Positions 26,601-38,102 of a DNA stretch of 64,000 nucleotides are shown piece after piece. Location: positions 10,664,001 to 10,728,000 of the forward strand of contig JAYWIR010000001.1 in the NCBI GenBank assembly GCA_036172245.1. The letters are read 5' to 3'. The stretch comes from Raillietiella orientalis (taxonomy: Eukaryota). Within the stretch, counting starts at the first letter, position 1. Each line of letters starts with the position of its first letter. Below the pieces are notes generated by a model. It was not told where the DNA came from and did not search any database. It saw only the letters and a list, made by a program, of their open reading frames with translations. Made by a program: the position numbers and the translations under genes.

Positions 26601-29600
26601 CGTAGGCGCCTGTCTCGCAGGGAAGGGAGTTTCCCAGGTTTCCCAGGGAAGGGAGCACAGCGCGCACGTGTTCCCATGCATTCGTCCGTCCGGGAATAGT
26701 CCGCGTGAGAGGACGCGCGCGCACGTCTCTAGGACTGTCGGGCGAGTCGGTCGGTGTCTCCTGGGGCGGGCCCGCTCCGTTCCCACTGGCGGGACGACTT
26801 CTGCACCGGTCCCGAGGAAGCAGCAGGGGGCGAAGGGCCGGGACAGTGAGCGTGAGGATCCGTGAGCCTCCACGGGTGGGAACGTGCCAGGAAAGCTTTC
26901 CCTGGGTTGCCCACGGCATTCGGCACTGCGTGCGGCACGCGCCCTTCGTCCGTGGCATGCCCTTCCCCGCGAAGCGTGCAAAGACACGACACGGGTCGGC
27001 AGCGCCTCGAACAGGCGACCAAGGGGCTCCGCTTTTTTGCTGCACTAACAATGTGAAGAAGCGACGGTTGTTCTATTTTCGGATACCGGCTAACAATGAC
27101 GCGTGCGTAACCACGGCGACCGCTCACGAGAAAAAGAGGGCGCGTCTCGTTTTCTCTTGGCTGGGATCGCAGACCGTGATGGTGACGAGGGTGCACGAGT
27201 GGCGCGACCTGGGGTCATGCCCCCCTCCGCCGAAGGGGTGGGAGCTCCGGGAGACTCCATCGCGAAGGGCGTCCGCGCGCGCCGGGAGAGGTGATCGGAG
27301 GGGAAAAGCAAACGTAGCACTCCCAGCAGGCGGCGGCGAAGCCTGGAGATCCGAGGATCGCGCGCAGCGACTCCAAACAGAAACTGCTCACTCCCTCTCT
27401 CATCGACGGTGGGGTAGTCCCGGAGGCCCTCGGAGGCTGCGCGTACGCCTCCCTCTCCTCCCCCCTTCCTCGCGCGGACAAGCCAGGAGGCAGTTGCGGG
27501 AAGTCGTCTATGCGATTCGGGAAAAGCGGCTGGCTGAATCGCGAAGCGACGAGCGGGGTTCGCTGGCAACTGCCTCCCTGGCAGCCATCGCCTGCAAATC
27601 TCAGTCCCTATCCATCCGGGTGTGCAGGGGACCCCTGTCCGGGAGCGATCGGAGCTCCCGCGCCACCAGCGCGCCAAGCCACAGAGAAGCGAGCGAGCGC
27701 CGGAAACCGACGGACTTGGCCGGAAGCGGACCGGAGGTGGGCCGCCACTCGGGCTGGGTTGTCCCCGGCAAGGGGACTCGCCTGCCGAGCCCCTAGCAGG
27801 CGAAACGTCCCAGTCCACTTCCCTCTCCTCTCCTCCGGCCTTCGGGAGGTGGCGGCGTCCCTCGTCCTCCCCCTTTCTCTCCCCGCTCCCCCTTTGCTGC
27901 ATTGAGTGCAGCGGAAAGGGTTGAAAGCGGAGGAAGGGAAGCGCTCGCGCTCCCTGGAGGCTCACGCGGCGCTGACCTCTGTTCCGTGGTTCCTCGGCGG
28001 CGTAACAATGTGCTTCCTCCCCATCACCCCCCGAGGCAGGAGAAGAGAACAAAAAAAAGGGGGAGGGATTGCAGTTTCTTCCTCCCCCGGTTACTTCCTC
28101 CGCCTCCTGCGGGCCGGATGCTGCGTTCCGCAGCGGCACCTGCCTTCGCGCTGGGCAGCAGATGGCTCCCTGACCCTTCCTCGCTCTCTCCGGACGAGAG
28201 AGCGTCTCCCAGGCAACCGCGACGCCGTCTGTTCGATCCGACGCCGAGCGCCGTCGTTGTCGGGAGAAGCGAGGGAAGACGAGCGAGAGCCCGCGACCCA
28301 CCTGGCGGCGAAGCTCGAGTCGCCGCTGGAGCAGGGCGAGCGAAGAGTTCCCTGCCCACCCCACCCTCTCCCCGCGTGTTCTCTTCCCCTGGAGCTGCAA
28401 GGTGCAGCCGACCTCGGGGATCGGTGCGGAGAGAGGCGAGAGAAGGCGGACGAGGAAGCCCGTCGCAGCCGCAGCGCGACCCAGTTGCCACGACGGCGGT
28501 TCCGGGAGGCGCGGCCCAGTTGCCAGACGACAGCTCCGAGCAGACGCGGTCGGAGGAAGAGAGCAGCACTGCAGCGCAGGACCTCAAGCCTCCCACCTTC
28601 TTTCTTCGGTCTCCGTGAAAACGGGTGGGGGCACAGCGCGAAGAGCCTCTCGTTTACCGGGAAAAGGGAGGGAAGGGAAAAGAGGAGAGGGCGATTCTCC
28701 GACAGGAACGCTGTGGGGAGGCGGAAGTCGGCGCTACCGCTCCTTCCTCGGGGAGAGCAAGGGGAAGAAGGTGGAAAGCTGCGCCCGTCGCCTAGGCAAC
28801 CGACGGAACGCACTAAGAGACCGGAAGCTCGGGAATCGGGAGGGAGGTGGGGAAAGGGGAGGGGAATCGGGGAAGCGCTCGACAACACCTACGCCGCCGC
28901 CGCTGCAGGGTAGCGCCATCGCGGAGAGAAAGGCAGGAGACGCCCTTTCAGGGGCACCCGAGAGACGCCGGCGGCCTCCGCTTTCGGCGGGTGCGGTTTC
29001 CAAAGCAACGGTCGCCTCTTCCTCGAAGGCTCAACCCGAGGAAGCGCCGCCGCGCCGCCAGTACAGCGGAAGGAGGAGCTGACGAAACGGGAACCTCCCC
29101 TCGCCCGTCTACTCCGGGCCGAAGGACGCCGGTGCTGGCGATCCTGACCGCGCGGTTGCCCGGCGACCGCGACTTGCGCGAGGTCTGGGGTGTGGACGGC
29201 CGCCAAAGAGGAAAGGGGAGGGTCGAGGAAAAACAGGGCAGGACCGGCGCCACCTGCGAGGTTCGTTACCACTCGCGCCGGGCGGCGGCTGCGCAGGAGG
29301 CGGACCCGGAGGCACGGCCGACGTGACTCCAAGACGATGGGTGGACGGGCGCCTCCGCGGGAACGTCCGTCCTTGACGGATGTTTACGCGCGCGCCCGCG
29401 CGCGGATGATTCGCGTGACGTGTGCCGGAGACGAGGAGGGGGAGGGGAGGGGAGAGGGAGGGGGGAGGGAGGAAAAAAAAAAACGCGCAAAGGGAAAAAA
29501 AAACAACAACTGTTTTTTTTTTTTTTTTTTGAGTACGCGAGAGGGGTGGGGCCGAGAGGGGGTAGTCGCTGGGGTCACGTGAAGGCAGAGAAGCTGCGGA

Positions 29601-30862
29601 GAACGGCGCGCTCTGCACCTCCTCTTTCCCTCAAGAGGGTACGGCAACCACGGGAAAGGGGGAGGGGATACAAAGTGGGGAGAGGGAGGAAGGATTTGCC
29701 GCGATTCCGTAGCGTTCCGTTCCCACGCAAACCGCCGCCACTCCTCTTCCTCTCCCCAAGGAGTTCTCCCCCCTCCTCCGCCTTCCGCAGCGTCTGCCTC
29801 CGCGGGCCCGACGGCCGCTAGAGTCGTCGCCGGGTTACGGTCCCACCAGACACCCCGGGAGGATGGGCAAAGCTGGTGGAGGAAAGGACGCAACCGACAC
29901 AGACACCCAACCCACGGGAAGGGCTGGAACGAAAGGGTAGCGCGAAAGGAAAAGGAAAGAGGTGGGGGAGGTGGGGGGGGGGGGGGGAAACAATCCCTCC
30001 CTCCTCTTCCGAGGCGACGCCCGTGCGCGCAGCGCCCCCTGCAAATAGCGGCAACGAGACGCGGACGGCGCCGCGCGCTCGCCAGCAGCGGAGAGGGGAG
30101 AGAGAGAGAGAGAGAGAGCCCATTTTCCTCTCCCATGGGGCTGCCGCCACGCGAGCCTTCCCGCGACCCGTCCGCTGCAAGTCTCCTCCGTCCCCGCTGC
30201 CCTGTCTTTCCCTTCACCCCCCCACCCACCCACCCCCGCGAGGTCAGCCATCCGATCCGGGAGTGCCGGATCTCTTCCCGCTTCCCTGTTTCCAAAATGA
30301 GAAGACGGGGGGAAGGGGGGGGGGTTGCGGAGGAAAACGCGCTCGCGCGCAGGCCACCTCCACCCACCCAATATATTTCACCACCCATCACCCACGCCCC
30401 CTCCGCTGGGCGGCGACCACCAGCGCGGGGAAGCCGAGCCTGGTCCGTCCGCGGAGAGGGGAGGGGACGAACGAAACGCCACCTGAAGAACCTCAATAGC
30501 TCTCTCTCTGTTCTGTTCCTTTTTTCTAAGTGAAAATATATTTCACCAACGTACGAGTGTATGTACACAGCATCCGCACCGCTCCGTCCGCACATCTTTT
30601 AGAAGAGTATTATTTAAATTATTTCTTTTTTCTAAGTAGTAGACTAGAACTGTCACTCCCTGCCCACCCCCCGCTCTTTCTTCCTTGCTCTTGCATTTTG
30701 CGTTTTTTTCTTCTTCTCCTTCTTTCCCTTCTCTCCCTCTCTGTTCGCTCCTCCTCCCTCGCCCCACGCAGGTCCTCCCGGATTCGGACATTTCTTGAGT
30801 ATCTGCGACCGCAACGCAGTGACTAGGCGAACACTTCCTGCGAGGGGAAATGGGAGGAAACA

Positions 30863-30896
30863 CAGCAGCAGCAGCAGCAGCAGCAACACAGAAACG

Positions 30897-30930
<34 letters not shown>
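30863..30930. repeat. (CAG)n plus 34-nt poly(A) run (poly-U in the sprouty 3' UTR)
   Basis: CAG repeats at 30863-30884 and an A-run at 30897-30930, ending 20 nt from the sprouty stop codon. Confidence 0.9.
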
Positions 30931-30932
<2 letters not shown>

Positions 30933-30949
30933 TCCTCCAAGAACATTTT

Positions 30950-31732
30950 TCAAACGAGGACTCCCTTCCGAGGTACGGGGCACCGGCAGCCACGTCTGGT
31001 GCACCTCTGGTAGCACAGTTCGCACACCCGCAGGCATCCCCTCATGGGCCAGTAGCAGCACAGGCAGGGGAGGAAAACGGCGAGGACGCCCATCAACGAC
31101 CAGCGGAACCACCTCCAGCCGGGCGCGCAAGAGCACGGATCCTCGGAGCAGGTGGGTTCGTCCTCGGCCTCCGGACCGCAGTGGTACAGGAGCGCCTTCA
31201 CGCAGCACACGCAGGAGCAACAGTCCACCACTTCCTCGGCGGAACACCGACACTTGTCATTGCATATCCATCGGGAAGGCAGGGGCCGGGTCTTGCAGCA
31301 GGCCTCGCAGCGACACCGACCGCATGCGGGACACAGGATGGACCCTCCGTGCAGCCTCCCGTCTGCAACGCCGCTGCTAAGAGGCAATGGTTTGGGCTGG
31401 GCTGTGACGGGAGGGACACTTTTTATTACTGGAAGCGTTTTCGCCGCCGCGGGACGGGAAAGCGCGGAAGGAAGCGGCAGCGGCCTCTGCCCTTTCTTCT
31501 TCTTCTCCCACCGAGAGTTGCTGTCCGCCGCCTCCCTGTCTTCGGGAGGCTGCGGCCTGAGGGGCGTATCGATGTACACATTGCGGGCGCGCTCCAGTAC
31601 CGGTCTAGGGTTGTGCAAGCTGATCAGGAAGGTGTCTTCGGCTGGGGCCCTGTGCCTTGCAGCAGCTGCTGGCACCCCGAACTGGGGTGATGGATCGGTA
31701 CGATTCACACTTGAAGCGCCATAATTAGCCAT
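30950..31732 (-). CDS. spry: Sprouty (RTK/MAPK feedback inhibitor), 260 aa, single coding exon
   Basis: N-terminal Cbl-binding tyrosine motif NVYIDTP (NxYxxxP) and a C-terminal cysteine-rich SPR domain (ILCPACGRCRCEAC...PLPSRWIC...CSCVCCVKALLYHC...DPCSC...RW...LPCLCCYWP...GCRC). An in-frame TAA sits immediately before the ATG. There is no EVH1 domain, so this is not Spred. Confidence 0.95.
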   Translation of the reverse strand: MANYGASSVNRTDPSPQFGVPAAAARHRAPAEDTFLISLHNPRPVLERARNVYIDTPLRPQPPEDREAADSNSRWEKKKKGQRPLPLPSALSRPAAAKTLPVIKSVPPVTAQPKPLPLSSGVADGRLHGGSILCPACGRCRCEACCKTRPLPSRWICNDKCRCSAEEVVDCCSCVCCVKALLYHCGPEAEDEPTCSEDPCSCAPGWRWFRWSLMGVLAVFLPCLCCYWPMRGCLRVCELCYQRCTRRGCRCPVPRKGVLV

Positions 31733-32960
31733 TTAGGCTGTGGGGTTCCCTTCGCATTTTGTACTGGTATTAGAAAGTCCGTTCCCTAGCCTGGAAGTAA
31801 AAGAAGATCAGTTACGGAGAGCTGAAAACGGGAGGAGGGAAGCCGGTCGAGAAAACGGACGGAAAAAAAAAAGAAGAAGAAAAGCGCGGAGGTGGGAGAG
31901 AGAGAGGGTGGGGGGGGGGGGAGGTGTACTGGTGAGAGTCAAGCAATCACACTACCGTCATCGCCCCAAGAAGGAAAAAGGAAAAGAAAATTCGGGATGA
32001 ACGACGTCACCCGCCGTGCGCCGAAATCCCTACGCCCTACCAGCGGCGGGCCTCCCGTGCGCACCTCGACAAGAAAGAAAAAGAAATTTTTTTTTTTTTT
32101 TTCTTCCTTTGCCCGCTGCAGCCAAACTCACACCACCGCCGCGGCTTCCTGCGCGAGCACGCACACACACGTACGGACGGGACAAACATCCTGCGTTTAC
32201 AAACACCGGAAACAACTGAAACGTCAACCGCGAAGCTCATAAAGAGAACAGGAAAAAAAAGAACGGAAGTGCACATCCGAGAACCGGATATCTCGGCGGC
32301 GAGGTGGACACCAGCGTTGGCGCACGTTCGCCAAACAGGAGGGAGGACGGAAAAATGAAAGAAAAAAGGAAAGAGGAGGAGGGGGGGGGGGAAAAAAGGG
32401 GGGGGGTGGAGGGGGGGAGGGGCAGCAACTAAAACAAAGATCGAAGACTGCAATGTGGCGCGCGCACATCCGAAAAAGGAAAAGAGGAAAAAAATCCCCT
32501 CCCCAGGTTTTCCCCTTTTTTGTGTTCGTTCCCCCTCCCCCCCCCCATTCTTCAATTTTGTTCTTTTTTTTTTTTTTTTTTTCTGTACGAGGCGAGACGC
32601 AATTGGGCAGCCGCTAACCGAAACCACCGCGACCACGACCACGACCACCACCACCACCACCACCAGCAGCAACAGCAAAAAACGCCTTCTGCTCGCAACT
32701 CGCTGGCAGGCAAAAAATGTTTCGTAGCAGCGCGCCGTTTCCGCGATTCCGTTAAAATGCAATGCGGCCGGCTGAATCCGAAAATTACGCGTGCACACAC
32801 ACATACACACACGCGCGCGCGCACTCAAGCACACGCACGCACGTGCACACATACACACCAATGTGCAAACCAAACATTCGGACCGAATTCCTCGATGTTT
32901 GGGCTGCTAGGCAACCAGCCGCCTGCTCGTTTGGACACTCGGCACGTAATTGTTGCGCCG

Positions 32961-32963
<3 letters not shown>

Positions 32964-33004
<41 letters not shown>

Positions 33005-33009
33005 GCACG

Positions 33010-33062
<53 letters not shown>

Positions 33063-33095
33063 GCACGCACACGCGCACGCACACGCGCGCGCCCG
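32964..33095. repeat. Compound (CA)n/(CACG)n microsatellite
   Basis: Long alternating purine-pyrimidine tract in the putative sprouty intron. Confidence 0.95.
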
Positions 33096-33481
33096 CGCAT
33101 AAAAAAAAAATAATAATAATAAAAACAAGAAAGAAAAGAAACTCCACATGTACTTTTCGAATCATTTTCGTTGACAAGGAAACGAGAAGAAGAGCGGGAG
33201 AGGGAAAGCTGGGGGGAGGGGAGGGGGGAGGAGGATGGAAAACGAAACGAAAAACCAGAAAACGAAAAAACAAAAACACAATTTTTGCCTCCAGAAGCTT
33301 CGTCGAGATCAGCTCGAGAGGGAGAGGGAAAGAAGGACGGGGAGGGAAGAGAGAGAGAAAAAAAAAAAAAGAAGGCAGGCAGGCGACCAAACAACCAAAC
33401 AGGCAACAACAACAACAATAACCACAACCACAACGAGGGGGGGGGGAGGAGGGGAGGAAGGGGGGGGGGAGGAGGCAAAGA

Positions 33482-33586
33482 GGCGGCTGCGGCTGCGGCG
33501 GCGGCGGCAGCAGCAGCAGCCACCACTTCCGAGTGGAAAGCAGCAGCAGCAGCTGCAGCTGCTGCAGCTGCAGCATCAGCAGCGGC
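33482..33586. repeat. GCN trinucleotide repeat tract
   Basis: Mixed GCG/GCT/GCA runs just inside the putative sprouty donor. Confidence 0.85.
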
Positions 33587-33859
33587 ATTCAAGTTGATTC
33601 TAAAAAACCCACTTACTGTGTGAAAATGCTGAGTAGCTGTTCATGGGAAACACCATTACCGAACTCTCCGTACTTTCACATTCCGGCAAAGTGCGCATGT
33701 CAGGCCATACACAACGAAACAGTCATTTTTTTTTTTTTTGTGTGTGTGTTTTTTTTTTTTTCCCCCTTCTCTCTGGGCCGATCTCACATGGATGCTGGCG
33801 TTCAACGAAGGCAACAAAGTGAAATAGGAAAATTACAAATGCCGGCAAATGCACAGCGC

Positions 33860-34195
33860 ACTCCGTCAATGAAATGCCTTGTAAGGACTGCCTGTTGTAA
33901 TCCTATACTTAACTCTGACCTCCCTCTCTCCACTTCCGGAACATTCCATTATGCGAAAAAGGGAAGTAAAGCATGTTCATTGACAAACTAAGCTGGTGAG
34001 AGGCTGGCGAGGCTCGCTACTCCAGCGGCGTTCGGAAGGCGGGTTTCATTCACGGGAGGATGCGATTCTTCCTCTATTCACTGCAATCTTTCGATTCGTA
34101 CAGCGTTCGATCTGCTCCTGCGTTTGCAGATCGGCAGAACCGTAAATCAAGTGCTGCACACAGCATTCCGTATTATCGCACAACGGAAGTTTTAT
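33860..34195. promoter_or_regulatory. Putative sprouty promoter / MAPK-responsive element (Capicua, ETS and TEAD motifs)
   Basis: CIC octamers TSAATGRA at 33866-33873, 33976-33983 and 34045-34052; ETS motifs CACTTCCGG at 33931-33939 and ACGGAAGT at 34183-34190; TEAD-like ACATTCCA at 33941-33948. Confidence 0.55.
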
Positions 34196-35520
34196 TTTCT
34201 CGTAAGAACTGGTTTTTTTTTTTTTTTTTTTCCTTCTCCTCTCCTCTCCTCTCTCTCTCTCTCTCTCCTTCTCTCTCCCCGCCTCTCTCTCCAAACGGCA
34301 GAAACTCGTCGAATAAAAATTTTGAAAGGCACAAGCGTGATAAAGAACACTTCTATTGCGTAACATTTTACTAGGAGGAGCACCGTGCACGTGTGTGCAC
34401 GCGCCCTGTTCGAGCTCTCGAAAAAAGCCGATGCGTCGCGATGGAAACGGGGGATAGGTCGGCCAGGAGGAATGGTGCTGCTACTTCACCGCAAGCTGAA
34501 GCAGGGGGGGGGGGGAGAGGAGGGGGGGAAGTACTTTCTCCGGTCACCGGGCGCCGCCGTCGGTGGTTGTCAAGGAAGGAAAAGCAGAAACGCTTCCTCC
34601 CCCCTCCCCTCCCCCCCGCTCGTACCCGCCGTCGAGGAGGATGCTGATGATGCCCGCTTCTTTCCTCCATGAATATTCATGGCTCAGGAAGTCGGACAGC
34701 TGCCCGCTCCCTTCGCCGTCCCGCACACCCACCTCCCGGTCTTCTTTCTTCTCGCCTGAATAAAAAGGGAGACGAGCGAACCTTCCGGGTCACAAACGGG
34801 CTGCCGCCTCGACCTTTTTTCCTTTTTTTTTCCCCCCCCCGATCCCATTCCGCCCGACCTCGGCAGGCCTCGGTTCGCTCCGTAGCTCCTCGCAGTGCAA
34901 CCTCGACGGTCCCCAAAATGGACATCTGCTGCTGCCCAACCAGAGGAAGGTAGCAAGCCGCCACCGGAGCGCGCCAACGTTCCTGGGAAGGCGAGGGGAG
35001 GCGCCCTGCCCTCGTGCCCGTGGGCGTGCGCCGTCGCCGTCGCTTCCGGACGCCCGTTTTTGCAAGATCTCTCCAGCTCTCTTTTCCCGTTTAGCCTCCT
35101 CCTCCTCTCCCCCTGACGCTGCTGCGCCCAGCCCGGAAGGAGAGAGAGTCCCGCATCCTCCTCCCGTCGCTCTGTTGCCCCAGAACGGGAAGAAGAGGAA
35201 TCGAATCTCGCGGAGCCCGGACGACGCGGCTCGACTCCTCCTCCGTCTCCTCCACATCCCCCGTGCCACATCGCGGACAGGCGGAAGGGAAGCTCGCAGC
35301 ACGTGGGCGAAAGCGAGCGCGTCCCGATGCACGGCGACGCTTCCTCCCGTTGCCACCGAAACCGCATCCCCGCCGTCTCCGAGGCGGCAGCAACCAGCCC
35401 ATCCTCCTCGCGCGCGAGGGCGCTCATTGGGAAGGAGGACGAGGAGGAGGAAAAAGGGAGGAGGGAAGAAAGGGAGGGAGGAAGGAAGAAGAAAGGGGAG
35501 GGAGGAGGAAGGGGGGGGAG

Positions 35521-35546
35521 CAGCAGCAGCAGCAGCAGCAGCAGCA
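35521..35546. repeat. (CAG)n microsatellite
   Basis: About 8 perfect units. Confidence 0.9.
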
Positions 35547-38070
35547 CGCATGGTATTCTAATTTTCTCCTGGAATGTTTCGGCTGCTCCAGGGGTGTCAC
35601 ATCGATCCTTCCCTCGCGCGTGCGCAGGAGCAGGAGAGAGAGAAGCAGGGGGAAGAGGGGGAGGGGGAAGTGACGGACGCCGCCGAGGTAGCACCCCCGG
35701 TCGATCACGGAGGAACGCGAGGGTCTTTCCGCCCGCGCTCAGGAATGTCGCTGCCGCGTGCCATCGAGCGCGCGCCAGCGGCGACTCCCGTGAAAGCAAG
35801 CCGTGGAGCCCGTCGACCCGTCCAACCTCCCCAGGGTGCTCTGGCGCCCTCTCGTCGCTCTCCGCACCACTTGGCGTGGGCGGCGGCGGCGCTGGAGAGA
35901 GAGCGCGCGGAGAGAGAGGTACCGGGTAGCCCCGCAGAATTCCGCTTCCTGTTTTGCGAGTTTCCCCACAGCTGACCATTCGTCAGAGCCAGCTGTCATG
36001 TGACTTCCGCCCCCGTCTGAGGTCACGCCTTCTTCCACCATCGTCCTCTTGCACGCTCCGAGTCGCATCGCCGCGCTCCGAGGGAGGCGCCGCCGCCACC
36101 GGGAGCCACGCGGCGGGGGAGCTCCGCCCTCCCGACCCTCGGGGCCCGCTAGTGCGAAGGACCCCCTGCTGCAGCGACCCGGTCCAGGAGAGAGGGCGCC
36201 ATCCGCGCGCACACCGCCTTTCCTGGGAGCGGTCCTCCAGCGCCCTGTGGCGCGAGGCAAGGGGCGGCGAGGAAGCAGCCGCGGGCGTTTTCCGCGGACC
36301 GGTCGGCTGAATCCCCGCCGCCGCCGTCGCCGTCGCGCCTGCGCGCGCGGCATGTGCCCGAGCCCCCTCCGCCCCCCCCCCCCCTGCGCGAGTGCGCGCG
36401 TCGGTCCTGACCTTTCCTTGCGCGCGGTCGGTCGCCTTCCATGTGGGCGCAGAGGAGGAGCACACAAAAAAGGCAGGTGCGCCCTCTGTCGCCTGCTGCT
36501 GGGCAAGAGCGGGAGAAGCGCGCCACCGCCGCGGCCGGATGACCTGCCGGCGTCTTCCGGAAGGGGGGAGGAGCCGGCCGAAGTCGGCGCCAGCAGCAGA
36601 CGGAGAGAGCGCGCAGGGCGGGGCCACCGCCGGTCCTCCAAGCGCGTTCGCGCGGCCCCAGCAGGCTGACGGAGCGGAGCGGCAGAGGGGGCTGCAGGGG
36701 AAAAGCGCGCGCGCGGGGCGCCCTTCAGGAAGAAGATAAGCCCCGGGAGCGCTCGGTCGGCACGTCTTCGCGCGCCACCCGCATCCCCCCCTCCGCTGCT
36801 GCGGCGTCCGCGAAGCGCCCGCTCCTCCTCCTCCTTCACGCGCGCGGGACCGCCGGAGGTGCGTGCCCCACGCGGCGCCCGGGAGCGAAGGGCGATCGCG
36901 ACGGCGGCGGTGGCACTGCGGCAGGCGGGCAGCGCGCCCCCTTTTGTAGGAGCGCGCATGCGTGTGCGCGCTTCTCGTTTGCTCCTCCTCCCCCCTCCCC
37001 CCCCCCCCGCTCGCTCTCCGCCTCCTCTCGGGAGCGCGGGAGGGGGAAAGCAAACTTTGGCTCCGCGTAATTCGTAATCATCGCGTGTTTGCTTTTCGCT
37101 GATATCCCTCCCCCCCCCGTCGCTGCGCTGCCACAGCCGCATCTCGCTCGGTCGCCTGCCGAGATCGTGGCCGTCGTCATTGTCATCGTCATCACCATAG
37201 TCTGAGCCACCGCGTCGCGAGCACAGGCGCGCACCCTCCCATCCTCTTGGCATCTTCGTGCATCACGTCGTCGGGCGAGCGCCCGTGAATGGAGTGCGCG
37301 CGCACGCGCGCGTCAAGCGAGTGGGAGGAGAGCGGGCGCTTCGCGCACCCACCGCCAGATGCCTCTCTCGCTCTCTCCCCCTCACTTCTACTGCCGCCGC
37401 CCCTGTCCCAGTCCCGGGCGCCGAGAACACCGGCAAGGGTGGCGGAGCCGGAGGAGAGGTCGCGCGCGCGCGCCAGCGGAGCCTGCCCCCCCCCCCCCCC
37501 TGCCCTCCCCGTCACCCCTTCCCGGCGACTCCCTCGACCAGCAACGGACGGAGCTTCAGGGAGGCAGGGATGCGCGCGCGCGCGAAAACACCTTCCGGCA
37601 CGCGCCAGTGCCCCCATTCGTGTCCCCTTCCCCCTCCCCCCCCCTTCCCCTGACGGTCGGCGCCGCGGGGCTTCCCGTTGCTGCTGCCCTCTCTCTCCGT
37701 CTCCCTCGTTCTCTCCCTCCCGCGTGCGCGCGCGCCGGCGGCGACGGCAGAGGCGGAGGCGAAACGCGAGTGGCGCATGCGTCGCCGCGGCGCGCGCATT
37801 CCACGGATCGGACCGGATATCCTGTCGGATGCTACGATCTTCGTGAGCGGGCGGGCGGGCTCTTCCTTCCTTCCCTTTCCCTCCCCCCCTGCGGGTTTCC
37901 ACCGCATTCCCTCCCTTTCCTCATCCCCCTCCCCCCCCCCGCGCGCGCGCGCCGGCGTCACCGTGTTTTCTCCGTTCCCTCCATGCTTGTGTGCTGCGCA
38001 TGCGCCGCCCTCCGTGACGACTACGACCCGCGCGCGGTTATGTCAGGGGGGGGAGGAGTACGTGGTCACT

Positions 38071-38100
<30 letters not shown>
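38071..38100. repeat. (GTC)10 microsatellite
   Basis: Ten perfect GTC units. Confidence 0.95.

Positions 38101-38102
<2 letters not shown>

Larger units (their letters stand above)
31791..33616 (-). other. Probable 5'-UTR intron of sprouty (1826 nt)
   Basis: Strong acceptor TCTTCTTTTACTTCCAG at 31791, 58 nt upstream of the ATG, and a perfect donor GTAAGT at 33616-33611. The intron interior is simple-repeat rich, whereas 33617-34200 is more complex sequence. Confidence 0.6.

Noticed and set aside
30897..30930. Poly(A) run as a retrocopy or SINE tail
   Set aside because: It is antisense to sprouty (poly-U in the mRNA), no target-site duplication or element body is visible, and similar runs are common throughout the region.
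32520..33623. ORFs with poly-His/Thr, poly-Ala and poly-Gln resembling a transcription factor
   Set aside because: These are translations of (CA)n and GCN microsatellites inside the putative sprouty 5'-UTR intron.
35739..37253. 504-codon minus-strand ORF and similar 250-440 codon ORFs across 22500-55000
   Set aside because: They are R/G/P/A-rich, overlap on both strands, run through homopolymers and microsatellites, and show no recognisable domain. Stop-codon scarcity in very GC-rich DNA explains them.
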